Below, piece by piece: positions 1-11,865 of a DNA stretch of 36,677 nucleotides. A model generated the notes under the pieces. It was not told the origin of the DNA, searched no databases, and saw only the letters and a program-made list of their open reading frames with translations. A program made the translations under genes and the position numbers. Every line of letters begins with the position of its first letter. Positions within the stretch are counted from its first letter, which is position 1. The stretch comes from Macrostomum lignano (lineage: Eukaryota), in assembly GCA_002269645.1 (NCBI GenBank), contig NIVC01004732.1, forward strand, positions 1-36,677, written 5' to 3'.

Positions 1-790
1 TTTTAAATCCGTTCAAGGCGCCTGGGCCCGACGGCATCTAGCCAGCGTTCTTGCACGTGGCGGTGAAAAACCACCGCTTCTCGGACCTCCTCTGTCGGCA
101 CCTCCGAACTTGCATGGAACTGGGCTGACCTGAAAAGAGCCAAGCCTGGAAAGAGCGACTACATGTACCAATCGGTGAAGGCCTTCAGGCCCATCAGCCT
201 TACCTTAGTTTGTTGGAAAGTTATTTTTTACTCCGACAGCCAAGCAGCCCTTCGGGCACTCTGCCAAAGCACCACCGGCTCCAAATCTGTCCTGGACTGC
301 AATTCCCAGCTCAATGGACTCGCGCTAGGCAGTCAGGTGGAGCTCTAATGGATCCAGCGCCACGCTGGTTTCCTCGGCAACGAGTGCACTGACCTGCTGG
401 CCAAGGCTGGCTCCGCCTTTTGAGGCCGATCTCAGGGCCCGCGTCAAGCGCTGGGCTGACTCCGGACATTTCCGCAGGTGGTACGACACTCATATAATTG
501 CTGGCTCAGGCTCAGCCGCAGGGACCTTAGAGCAGTCAGCATGGCCCTCTCCGGGCATGGCTGCTGCTCTCATCACCGCTTCCTTCAGGGCCAGGTAACC
601 GAAGGAGCTGTGCCCCTTCTGTCACTCGGGAAATGAAAATTATGAGCACTTTATCTCCCATTTCCCGGTCTTCACCTGGGCCAGGCTCATTCACTTCGGG
701 CCAAACCCGATTCTCTCCGACATTTGCAGACGGAGATCTGTTTCTGGCTTATTTGCCTTCGTCAGTCAGCCACAGCTACCACTCTTAGTA
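1..790 (+). mobile_element. Degenerate, internally deleted non-LTR retrotransposon with RNase H (LOA/R1/I-group-like)
   Basis: Frame 3 from nt 3 reads LNPFKAPGPDGI*PAFL (pre-RT motif). KPGKSDY...KAFRPISLT (to ~204) is joined directly to RNase H motifs IFYSDSQAALRAL and W..HAGFLGNECTDLLAKAG. A C-terminal zinc-knuckle remnant CPFCHSGNENYEHFISHFP lies at ~611-665. Stops and frameshifts are present, and the element runs off the window start. Confidence 0.85.
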
Positions 791-1538
791 TGCACAGACG
801 TTACGTTTATGCTATATTATGGCGAAATGTTTCTAGCTAGGTTATCTATTTTACGAGATAAATCTTCATTCGTCTATTTTTCTCGTTTTCTAATTTCTCC
901 TCTCACAACTCACAACATGCGACAGCAAGCCAAAAGGCTGAAGAGTCAAAATTTATAAAAAAATCTGAACATTACACTGTGACATTAACAAACTCAATCA
1001 ACAGGTACGCGCGAATTACGCGCACATTTGGAGCGTAATGTCATACACAGCGCGTAAAACACGCGTATTACGCTAGTGTATTTAGTGCGTTTTAGACGCG
1101 ATACTTTGCTCAAAGCAAATTAAAAATAATGGTTAATTATTCAAATCTCCAGTAAAGCGAACAGCGTGCACCATGCGTGTGCACAACGCATATGTAACGC
1201 GTTCGCATGCTTTTGTTTATTATGTTAGTATTTTATTTAATTTTTTTATCTGTTTCCTATCGTTACAGTAGAACCATTCTTTTCAATAGTTATATAGCAT
1301 ACTCAGTATCTGTTTCGTGTCAACATTAGTTAGATTTAAGCCAACTGCATGTAATCTGGAGCATGCAACACTTGTTTTATGAATTACTTTGCTTTATATG
1401 ACTTATATCTAGATAGTTAATTATAAAGATATATTAAAATATAGCTATATGATACATTTTATCATGCATTAATTTGGTTACTTTTATTACTTTGAAATAT
1501 ATTATGTACTTTGGATTTTTATATTTCAAGCTTATGAT

Positions 1539-3073
1539 CTTTCGGCCCCCTGGGGGGGGAAGCCTTCGGGCCTCAGGTCTCAGAAATAAATCAATTAGAG
1601 TCCTGGCCCCCCACTCCTGTCAGATGGTCAGCCCCATGGTAGCTTAATCTTGTGGCGAGCAGTCTAGGTCCTATAGCTAAGAGAGGGACAGCGAGAGACA
1701 AGCAGGGAGAATTTCGAAGGTAGAGATCAACTAATCCGCAGACTAAGCTAACTCGCTGCCACCAGCCCGTGCGTCCTGGCTCACCAAACCGGGACTCTCG
1801 AAATCGGGCTTCCGACTAGAGGGGGCTTAGCCTTACCTGCCAACTAGTGTCTTTTTGCTGTCAATCTCGAAGTCATAGCCGATAATAAGAAGGACACTGC
1901 TGGGACTTGATCGCATTGGCAATGCAGGTACAGAGGGGACTTGTGCAGGGGATTCTTGTAGTGGCGAGACTATGGGGTAGCTACATGTACTATTACATTG
2001 CTAAATACGAGGAATTGTACTTTTGGCCTTCAATGCGCCAACCAGCCTCTCCTAGCGCTGATGATAGGCTAACTCGAACATCGGAGACCGCATGATACTT
2101 TACCCGAGCCGCTTGGCTAACCTAGAGTGCACAGAGTACATCTCTGGCGCCGATTCTGCACTATTGGCAATTTCGCTAACTGATTTGATGGATTGATCGA
2201 CTGAGAACTGCCTTGCCATTGGTCCACTGTGACCGGTGCCTACTAGCTTAGCTATTCATCTGAGCCATCGGCGAACAAAGAAATAAAACCGATAAAAATA
2301 ACTGTTAGATTTAACCTTCTCCTTAGATCACTTCACATCTCAGATTGAATTGGAGTTCAGACTACTAGCAGTATTATTGAATGATTTCTGCCTCGATTAC
2401 AGCACTACTGAACAAAATGAGCAAAAGTGTGCGCCTAATCCAGCTACTGAAACAGGGGACAGATAAGGAATCACCCAATCAAGCAAGTCTAGGCAGCCTC
2501 TCACCCAACCAATCAGAATTTCAACAGCCGGAGACCAGGTAATCCACAGTGACCGAATCGGCTTAGTGCTTCGCAGCTGTAGGCTCGGGATGATGCTGAT
2601 GTCACAAACTTCGCAGATAGCTAGCAGGTGATGATCTTTAACCTTGATGTTCGCTGTTGACGACCGGGGGAATTCGTCCTTGATGGTGATGGGGGGTGTC
2701 GCGATCCGGGGATCAAGAGACGACGGTCGGGCTCCGTTAGGCCAAAGTCCTAGGAGGTGGAGCCGAATTCCAGCCAGTTGAGCTCCGAGCGGGCCAAAAA
2801 CGCCGGTTTAAATAGCCGCCAACTGGACCGCAATTTGTTATAATGGAACACCTCGATTCTGATTGGCTGAGCCGATTTGTAATAACGCACGTCGAATTTT
2901 CTGATTGGCTGAGCTTGTTGCCACCCAAATTCACGTGACCGGGAGATCCCATCAGTTCCCTCAGGGTCGTAAAAATATGACGGGTGCGGCCATAAATCAA
3001 TCAAAATCGCAACAAAATGATTTATGACTTTCCGCGTAGAATTGACAAAGACTAATGAAAAAATATACATTAG
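1539..3073 (-). repeat. Left arm of a ~1.55 kb inverted duplication
   Basis: Reverse complement of 3527-5120. About 95% identical by eye over 1561-1740 (9 differences in 180 nt), with arm-specific indels elsewhere. Confidence 0.95.
2807..2938 (-). promoter_or_regulatory. Pol II promoter-like module (E-box, two CCAAT boxes, TATTTAAA), left-arm copy pointing leftward
   Basis: TCACGTGA 2931-2938, ATTGG 2904-2908 and 2862-2866 (42 bp apart), TTTAAATA 2807-2814. Confidence 0.5.
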
Positions 3074-3526
3074 TGATGAGGACGCACTTTTTTCCAAATC
3101 CCGCGCTAGCACATGGGCTCTAAACTTACTTGCCTACTAACAGTGGGCAATGGGCATTTTTATCCGTTTTCTGCGAATTGTCATAGAATCTATACTAGAT
3201 ATAATGTTTGGTCATACTAGTAGTCATAATAACATAGGCGCAGCTTTTTGGGTCATAAATCATTGCTTTCGAAGCTGGTCTGACAGCCACCTGCGCCTCA
3301 CTCAGTGTTGAGACGGGCGCCAGATGGTCTGAGAGGATGCGGGCGGTAGCTTTTTTCTCATCATTTTGACAGGCCATCAAGATTTATGAGGTCAGAGCCT
3401 ATTGTTCGTGTTCACTCAAGCGTGTGACAGCTTTGACAGCTATGCGTTTTACCCCTAAAAGTACTTTGGGATTAGCGATTAGCAATTTCTCTTCATTATC
3501 TTCACTTTCTATTTAATAAGAGCTTT

Positions 3527-5120
3527 CTAATGTATGTTTTTTTAATTAATTTCTGTCAATTCTACGCGAAAAGTCATAAATCATATTGTTGCGATTTTGA
3601 TTGATTTATGGCCGCACCTGTCATGTTTTTACGACCCGAGGGAACTGATAGGATCTCCCGGTCACGTGATTCTGGTAGCAACAAGCTTAGCCAATCAGAA
3701 AATTCGACGCTCATTTTAACAAATCGGCTCAGCCAATCAGAATCGAGGTGTCTCATTATAACAAACTGCGGTCCAGTTGGTGGCTATTTAAACCGGTGTT
3801 TTCGGCCCGCTCGGACTGCATTCCGGGTGCTACCCCTGCAAACCTTCTTGCGACCGGGTGCCACCCTTGGCTCCACCGGCCAGGAATTGACCGACGTTTC
3901 TTGATCCCCGGATCGCGACACCCCCCATCACCATCAAGGACGAATTCCCCGGTCGTCAGCAGCGAACATCAAGGTTAAAGATCATCCATCACCTGCTAGC
4001 CATCAGCGAAGATTGCGACGCCGCAGCAGACAACAGACTAAAAAACCCTGAACAATCGTCACATTTAACAAGCCCCCACTTTGAGAACACTCGGTCTAAT
4101 TAGCATCATCCGGGCCTACAGCTGCGAAGCACTAAGCCGATTCGGTCACTGTGGATTACCTAGTCTCCGGCTGTTGAAATTCTGATTGGTTGGGTGAGAG
4201 GCTGCCTAGACTTGCTTGATTGGGTGATTCCTTATCTGTCCCCTGTTTCAGTAGCTGGATTAGACGCACACTTTTGCTCATTTTGTTCAGTAGTGCTGTA
4301 ATCGAGGCAGAAATCATTCAATAATACTGCTAGTAGTCTGAACTCCAATTCAATCTGAGATGTGAAGTGATCTAAGGAGAAGGTTAAATCTAACAGTTAT
4401 TTTTATCGGTTTTATTTCTTTGTTCGCCGATGGCTCAGATGAATAGCTAAGCTAGTAGGCACCGGTCACAGTGGACCAATGGCAAGGCAGTTCTCAGTCG
4501 ATCAAACTACCAAATCAGTGAGCAAAACTGCCAGAAGTGCAGAATCGGCGCCAGAGATGTACTTTGTGCACTCTAGGTTAGCCAAGCGGCTCGGGTAATG
4601 AATCATGCGGTCTCTGAAGTTCGAGTTAGTCTATCATCAGCGCTAGGAGAGGCTAGTTGGCGCGTTGACGGCCAAAAGTACATATTTTCGTATTTAGCAA
4701 TGTAATAGTACATGTAGCTACCCCATAGTCTCGCCACTGCAAGAATCCCCTGCACAAGTCCCCTCTGTACCTCGGCATCGGCTATGACTTCGAGATTGAC
4801 AGCAAAAAGACACTAGTTGGCAGGTAAGTGCAAAGCCCCCTCTAGTCGGAAGCCCGATTTCGAGAGTCCCGGTTTGGTGAGCCAGGACGCACGGGCTGGT
4901 GGCAGCGAGTTACCTAATCTGCGGATTAACTAATTTCTACCTTCAAAATTCTCCCTGCTTGTCTCTCGCTGTCCCTCTCTTAGCTATAGGACCTAGACTG
5001 CTCGCCACACGATCAAGCTACCACGGGGCTGACCATCTGACAGGAGTGGGGGGCCAGGACTCTAATTGATTTATTTCTGAGACCTGAGGCCCGAAGGTTT
5101 CCCCACAAGGGGGCCGGAAG
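3527..5120 (+). repeat. Right arm of a ~1.55 kb inverted duplication
   Basis: Matches the reverse complement of 1539-3073. It carries a ~78 bp extra segment at ~4022-4100 and lacks ~40 bp present at ~1884-1925. The spacer is 3074-3526. Confidence 0.95.
3662..3792 (+). promoter_or_regulatory. Pol II promoter-like module (E-box, two CCAAT boxes, TATTTAAA), right-arm copy pointing rightward
   Basis: TCACGTGA 3662-3669, TAGCAAC 3676-3682, CCAAT 3691 and 3733, TATTTAAA 3785-3792, in canonical order. Confidence 0.5.
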
Positions 5121-5694
5121 GTCGAAACCCATCAGAATACGCGGAACCTACTAATACATGTATGGTTAGTCCTGTTCCTGTACTAGTCTGTATGCAGTTA
5201 GAATTGCGTTATTGTTGTTGTTAAACGGGGTGGGAGCTGTTGCTACCCGCGGATGCCCTGAGAGGGGCTTTGCCGCTGATGGGCACTTCCAGGGGCCTAA
5301 GCCCGAGATACCCACTAGTTGGTTAGACCCTAACGTCGTGGCTAGGGCTGGGTGTGAACTGCCTACTAACCCAAGCCTATGGACTAAGGCACCGCCAACC
5401 CAAAAGTGGGATCAGGGACGATGCTAGGACCGAGTCCACTTAGGCCACCACCCAGCAGGGAAGTCTTTGGAGTGCGCGCGAAAAAGGGTTTGAAAAGCTT
5501 AGCTTGCTACTTAGAGCGGTCCGAGAGCGGGGAAATTCCAGAGGTCTACGGAAAAAGCAATAGTTAGGAATTTGGTATTTGGCTGGAAGGCTTGATTCCG
5601 AGGGCGAGTCTCCTATCAAGAGGTAAACCTAGCAAAACCCTCTTATAGGGCTGCAAGCCACAAGGGTATCACCTATCCAGCTTTAGATTGGAGG

Positions 5695-6968
5695 TAGGGG
5701 TGTTCGGGATGGCATTTTTTCGGGGTTCGGGTTAACCCCGATCCCGAACATCTTTCGGGAATCCCGAACCCCGTCCCGAACATTTATCGGGAACCCCGAA
5801 CCCCGTCCCGAACCCTAATACCGACCCCGAACCCCGATAACCCGAAGTAAGCAATAGCATGAAATAAAAGTGGTATTGACGGCTTCTTACGACTATTAGC
5901 CTGTTTCAGTTCAACTTAAAGTTAATGTGAAATTAATTTTAGGCAGGTTGCATTTCTTTTGATGTGTGAAACATCATGTGCCTCTTTCTCTGCAGAGATG
6001 GAAGCTATCTTATCAATCAAGAATCAATCTCTCTTTTTCTTAATCTCGTTTACTTAGTCTTTGTTGGCATTGCCATTGATGCACGTTGACGCTAGTAAAC
6101 ACTAAAATAATCTGAATTCTCATGTCATCTAATCTGAATGATCAGACTACCAAGTGATAATAGAATAGAACGCGAGTCACTTTACAGTCTCTGGCTCAAC
6201 GAATATGGCATACAGCTAATCGAATTTATCTCGCAAGAACATTAACTTGCTGAGCGATGAGCTGGAAAGGATGCAGCGTTCCTTGCGCTTTAGAAAACCG
6301 GCAGCACTGAAGGCGCACTCTGTTGGGACAGATGATGCTGGGGCAGTGAGGTGAAGCTTAGCGAGCTCTGCCAGTTCTGGAAGATTAGCGGAGTTCTGCT
6401 TCCAGAATTCGCTGACTGCTACCTGAAAATTCTGCTGCGCTAGACTCCTGTACAGAGAAAGCTGATCAGCTGCTCTGCGCCTCGCTTCCTTCTTCCTCGC
6501 GTCTCCTCTGGCGCCGGAGTTCGATGCACTCGCAGTCGCATTGCACTCCTGAGTGGTAATTCCAGATAATCTGCAGAACTGCAAAAACTTGCATCCAGAG
6601 CTCTCTTCAGTACCCAAAATGACATTATCGTGCATCTCCTCGGTAGCGGCCATTGTATTTGCGCTTCTGGCAGCAGCTGCGGCATCTTGCTCAGAAAGCT
6701 CCTGCTCAAGGCTCCACATGACCTCACGTTAAAAACGAAAAAAGCTAATTCTAATTCATAAGGATTTTTTCGTAGTTCTATGGGAATGCAGAAAATTTGC
6801 GAAACCCCGAAAACCCCGAAATCCCGGTCCAAAATCCCGTCCCGAATCCCGATCCCGAACATTTATCGGGAACCCTGAACCCCATCCCGAACATTCATCG
6901 GGACCCCGAACCCCGACCCCTAATCCCGACCCGAACCCCGACCTAACCCCAAACCCCGAACACCCCTA
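5695..6968 (-). mobile_element. Non-autonomous (internally deleted) hAT DNA transposon, 1274 bp
   Basis: Perfect 14-bp TIR TAGGGGTGTTCGGG / CCCGAACACCCCTA, perfect 8-bp TSD ATTGGAGG (5687-5694 and 6969-6976), and many CCCCGAA subterminal repeats at both ends. Confidence 0.95.
6216..6719 (-). pseudogene. hAT transposase C-terminal dimerization domain remnant
   Basis: FWKQNSANLPELAELAKLHLTAPASSVPTECAFSAAG...R..L....LSKLMFL matches the hATC pattern, with the usual ER in SERxFS reading EC. The catalytic N-terminal part is absent. Confidence 0.9.
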
Positions 6969-7055
6969 ATTGGAGGCCAGGCCAAGGGGTCGGGAAAGGG
7001 GCACAAGGCGCAAGAGGACCCGGACTCAGCCGGTATCCCCGATTCGGGGTCTGCG

Positions 7056-8000
7056 CTCCCAAAGGTGCTCCGTGCGTACAACGTGCCAGAGCAGCTGATT
7101 TCGCCATCATGGCGACGTACCGTGATACGAAAGCTGCTTTTTCAACACCGGACGGCCTATCGGTTGAGACATCCTCCGGGGTGCTTCAGGGAGATACGCT
7201 TGCGCCATTCCTGTTCGTTCTGGTGCTTGACTGGGTGCTGCGGACCGCTCTTCCTACCAACTACGACGGCTTTCTGTTGCTGCGACGCGTGGGTCGACGT
7301 CAACCGGAGAGGCGACTCAGTGTGCTTGGCTACGCCGACGATCTCGCCCTGCTCTCCTTAACTGTCGAGGGCGCCCAGCGACAACTGGACAAGCTAGTTG
7401 CTGTTGCGGCGAGTGTCGGCCTGGTGGTTAACACGCAGAAGACTGGCGTGCTCTGTGTGCCGGACGACATCGAGGCTGCGATTTTGTACCGAGGCGCTGA
7501 TGGACAGGCGACAAAACTTCTGCGTTGTCAGCAGTTCGTCTACCTCCGCGGTCTGGTTCCCGGCGTTCACGAGGATTTGCGGCGTCGCCGCGGGCTTGCC
7601 TGGGCTGCCTTTCGTTCTGTGAGGGCAGTCCTGCAGTCCGAGGCGTTACCTGACCGCCAGAGGGCGGCGTTGTTCTAGGCGGTGATCGAGACCGTTCTGC
7701 TGTACAACGCCGAGACCTGGACGCTGACGAGTCGTCGAGCAACAAGTTGACGGGGTGCATGCTGGCCTGCTGCGCGCCGCCTTTAAGATCGGCTACGAGC
7801 GAGTGACCAACGCGGCTTTGTATCACCGCGCCGGCCTGGTCTGTCCAAGCAACCTGTTGGCGACTCCAGCTGGCAGGCCACATCATCCGCGCCGAGTCGT
7901 ACTGCTCTCAGCCGGTGCAGGTGCTGCTGCTGACACTGCAGGCACGCTACCGGCGGGGGCAGGCGTGCACTCGGCGTTTCGTCGACTGCCTACTGGCTGA
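7056..8000 (+). pseudogene. Reverse transcriptase remnant (RTE clade)
   Basis: GVLQGDTLAPFLFVLVLD and GYADDLALLS motifs, followed by VIETVLLYNAETWTLT after an in-frame TAG at 7676-7678. There is a frameshift near 7100. Confidence 0.92.
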
Positions 8001-9154
8001 CGCCGGCGCCCCGGATTCGGCCGGCGGCGTGACGTTCATTCGCGAACTGGCCTTGAGGCGTGCCCTGTGACGCTTAACGCGTATTCTGTTGTTGTTGTTG
8101 TAGATAAGCGCGAACTTTATATCTTTGCGTTCTTTTTTAGACTAAAAAGCGTTTATCCCTAAGTTTTTGAGATCCCGCGTATGTGACCCTGAACTTTTTA
8201 ACTTTACTGTACATTTGCGACTCTGCACTTTGCGACCCCTAATTTGCGACTCTGTGTTTGAAAGACTCTACGTTTGCGACCCTGAGTACGATTCTGCATT
8301 TGCGCCTGCGCTAATTGCAATCCCTGCTGCGCCCAGGAGCTCGTTTGCATACCAAAACAGTACACCAGCTTGCATGTGGAGCTAGAGGATCGTCGCCCGA
8401 GATCATGCTAAGGTTTAATAATACATGTAGGGAATTTTGACCCCCGACCACATCCAACCTGGAAATGCATCGTACACGTGCTAGAGACGACTAAAACCTT
8501 TACTATTTATCGAGAAATCCATTTTTTTCAGAAAAATGATATTTGTCCTGAAAAATCCAAGGAGGAGGCGGCGAATAATCGTGCAATGGGTTGTTGACAG
8601 CGAATTGCTGTATGACGTAAAAAGCATTTGAGACGTAGAGTCATGCATTTTTTAAACTCATTCAATCTGTGCCCGAATTTTTCAGCCCCCCATCAATATA
8701 CATTCTCAACCTGCTATGGCGGGTGAGAGGATTGATCAGGAGGGCCCCGAGGTTCATAAAATAAGACTGTCGTGCTTTGTTCCCGAACGGGGAACCAAGA
8801 GTTCGAAGATGGTGTCAAGAAGAACCTGCCTCTCAGAGTTCTGGCTTGATTAATTAATCATTTTTGATCAGGTACAGCTTGAACACAGAACTATCGAATC
8901 AAAAGAGTGTTTTTAGCTGCAAAAGATTATGAAGCCGCTGAGAATATAAAGTAAAAAATTATCGCGCTACTTTTCTGCACAAAATCATACGCTATCAAAT
9001 CATTTTAGGCGATAAAATTACAGGAAATTCATTCTGACGTCCTGTGCATTGGAAGAAAAATATTTACAAAATATTTGTTTTAAATGCACTCCTTAAGAAT
9101 AAATCTAAACATTTCTTTTTTCCGACAAGAATGCCCGCGGGCCCCATCCTCCCA

Positions 9155-10071
9155 CCAGGCACGTATTAAACATTCGCCGACACTTATATTCAGACACTTC
9201 TACAGACACTTTAGTTTCTGTCGTACGAATCGTAGGAACAAGCATTAAATTTGTTTATTTCTAACAAACTATCAGTAAAATGCTTTATTTTAAGCTTTTT
9301 TTGCTTTATTTTATTAAATATGAATCATGAAATTTGTTATTCTGCATAGATTCTCTTCACGTAAAGAAGAATGTTAAATTTGTCCAGGACACTTCGTAAA
9401 TCATTTTTAATAAATGTAAAATAAGTTTCTTGAAGTCCAAGAATTCAAAGAATCGCCTTATTTTCGTTGTGATGACAGATGAATGAACGAATGCCGAATG
9501 CGTTCTTGGCTTGTGGATGCAATGCGCCTTAATTCATTTCATTTATATATTTGTATTCGTATCTGAACAATCTATGTAGTCAAAGTAATTAAGATTATTC
9601 TAAATAATGTCTATATCTATTATTGAATTAAAAACTGGGTCGACTGGAACTCTGGAACGGCTATGAAACCCTACGACTACAACTACTACGGCGCACAGGA
9701 GAACTAACACTCAAAACACAGCGCATTCGCGTTTGAAATACGATAGGAATTAGCATACAGTAAAACAATAGTAGTAAAGTACGTACAGTAAGAATCGCGG
9801 AAATAGAAACTCACTACTGAATAAATACTAACTAAATAATATTCAAGAATGTCGGACACATCATAAAAAGTGCGGAGATTTAATTGATACATAAAAATAC
9901 TTTACATAAAATAAAGCAAAAAAGCTTAAAATAAAGCATTTTAAAACTGATAGTTTGTTAGGAATAAACAAATTTAATGCTTGTTCCTAAAAAAAAGATT
10001 CGTACGACAGAAACTAAAGTGTCTGTAGAAGTGTCTGAACAAGTGTCGGCGAATGTTTAATACGTGCCTGG
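9155..10071. mobile_element. MITE-like element with ~160-bp terminal inverted repeats
   Basis: 9155-~9315 (CCAGGCACGTATTAAACATTCGCCGACAC...) is the reverse complement of ~9905-10071. The interior is non-coding and no TSD was found. Confidence 0.75.
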
Positions 10072-11865
10072 CGCCTAAAAGCTGGAATTTTGACTTGAAA
10101 ATTATGTTTTAGAATGTAGTAGATATTTAGTCTATGTGCTGTTTGGTCGGTTTGGAGTTAAATGTATGCACACTTAATTATAAAAAAATACATAGAAATT
10201 TGGACAGTTATGAGTTAGGCCTAGAGAGTAAATCTTTGGTTTCCCTCTCGCTCCCCAGCCCCCATCCCGCTCACTCACCTCCCTCTTGTAATGCTATTTT
10301 TTATTTCTTCCTTATTGATTTGATAACTTCTGACTACAGTCGTTTACATTGAGCTTTCGTTTGTTTCATCGATCAAATATACCCTGACTAAGCCTTACCC
10401 ATACCCTTAGGCCCTAGTCTAAGGCCTACTGGCATTGTGGGTTGAAAGAAACACTTTTTTTCGCGTTTAATGTTGATTTAAGCTTTATCTAAGACCTATT
10501 CATTGTATTGATTGAGCGTGCAACTCTAGCAAGAGTTGTTTGTCTTTATTTTACTATAGGGGCCTACTTTGTATTTGTCCTTTATAGGCCTACACACCTA
10601 ACTTTGTCTTTATTCTACCTTTTTTTCTTATAGGACCTAAATGTAAAAGTCAAGAGACAAAATAGACACTTAAATGAATTAGAAAGCTATCTTAAAAATT
10701 ATTTTTTTTCTAGAGCCTACTTTGTTTCATTCTTAGACTTAAGTTTGAAATTAGGTAGGCCTAGGGACAGGGCCTATTTATAACTATGGTAAACATTTAA
10801 GAGTAAAAAATAAGCTTGCTGTCTAGGCCTAATATTTCAGTTTAAATGTAAATAAAAGCCTTAATAAATTAAGGATCTTAGGCTCATTCATAAAAGAAGA
10901 CCTAAAGATAAAGGGTAAAACTTTTTTTAATACTTTGGCAAAAATTTGCTTTGACCTTAGGCCTATAACATTGTTATTTTTCTAGGTCTAGGAGTACTGC
11001 TCAGGGCTCATGAGTCATGATATTATAAACTTCAAAACTAAAATAGCCTATCTAAAGCCTATTTATATTGCTTATTCTAGTTTTAGAACTAGATCCAATT
11101 TGTAAAGTATAACTTTTTGTTCCTTAAACTAGAAGGATATAAGTGCTTAAAGTTGTGATTATAATTATTGAATGGTAATAGCCAAGAATAAAGTGAAAAA
11201 TTGTGCAAAGTGAAGCTGTTAAAGTAGTCAAATATTCAGCAAAGTTAAATAGTTATATAGTTTTTTTTTCTTGGAAGATCCAAATTGATTATGGTTCTAG
11301 AATGGGCAATGTGAAAAGCCCCCTAGTCTTAAGAATTTAAACTAAAAACTTTTAAAATATATATTATTGAATAACTCAACTTTTATTGTTGGTATAGGTC
11401 CAGTTCTATATCTTATTTCAAACTTATTTTATATATTTAATTATTATTAAAAGCCTAACAATATTAAATAATTATAGGCTAAAAAAATAATAAAGAAAAG
11501 GCAAGGCCAATGTTAATATAAAAGCCTAGACCCCCTATATATTGCATTAGATTTTAGACCTACCCTGGGTGATAAAAGTTCTTTTTTATTTAATTTTATC
11601 TATTATTAAAATATTTCATTAAATTCAAATCTACTTGGAAAATGGCTGTGACATTTTGGCAAAAAATATATTAGTAAATATAAATAAGCCCAATAAAAAC
11701 TTTAAAACAAAGAGAAGGTTTAATTAAAAAAACTTGCAAAATTTATATCAACTTGGCCTAGAATATATTAAGCCAAAAATATAGGGCCTATTAAGGGCCT
11801 ATATATTATAAATAAAAAGTAGTCATTTTTATTGTCTAAAATGAAATGTAATCATTGATTATATA

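Larger units (their letters stand above)
5223..8101 (+). mobile_element. RTE-clade LINE, internally deleted and interrupted by a hAT insertion
   Basis: RT remnant at 7056-8000 and a (TGT)n tail at 8087-8101. A TTGTTGTTGTT tract at 5212-5222 marks the left border. 5223-5694 plus 6969-7055 rejoin across the hAT TSD and are inferred to be 5' UTR. Confidence 0.65.

Noticed and set aside
1005-1210. CGCG-rich short palindromes as a MITE or E2F-site cluster
   Set aside because: No matching terminal inverted repeats or TSD could be defined.
2057-2085. Hammerhead ribozyme-like CTGATGA...CGAA, and CTGAGGCCCGAAGG near 5085-5125
   Set aside because: There is no valid stem II with GAAA in the first case, and the CUGANGA core is broken in the second.
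1539-5120. Palindrome as a sequencing or assembly artefact
   Set aside because: The arms differ by many substitutions and several arm-specific indels and enclose a unique spacer. Artefactual fold-backs are near-identical.
8700-8900. Short words resembling LSU rRNA (AAGCCAGAACTCTG, TTTGATCAGGTACAGC)
   Set aside because: The matches are short, on opposite strands and not collinear with the rRNA as recalled.
11718-11730. GTTTAATTAAAA as a further upstream piece of 28S
   Set aside because: It is an AT-only word in AT-rich DNA, lies outside the MITE, and is ~245 bp from the core instead of the ~95 bp expected.
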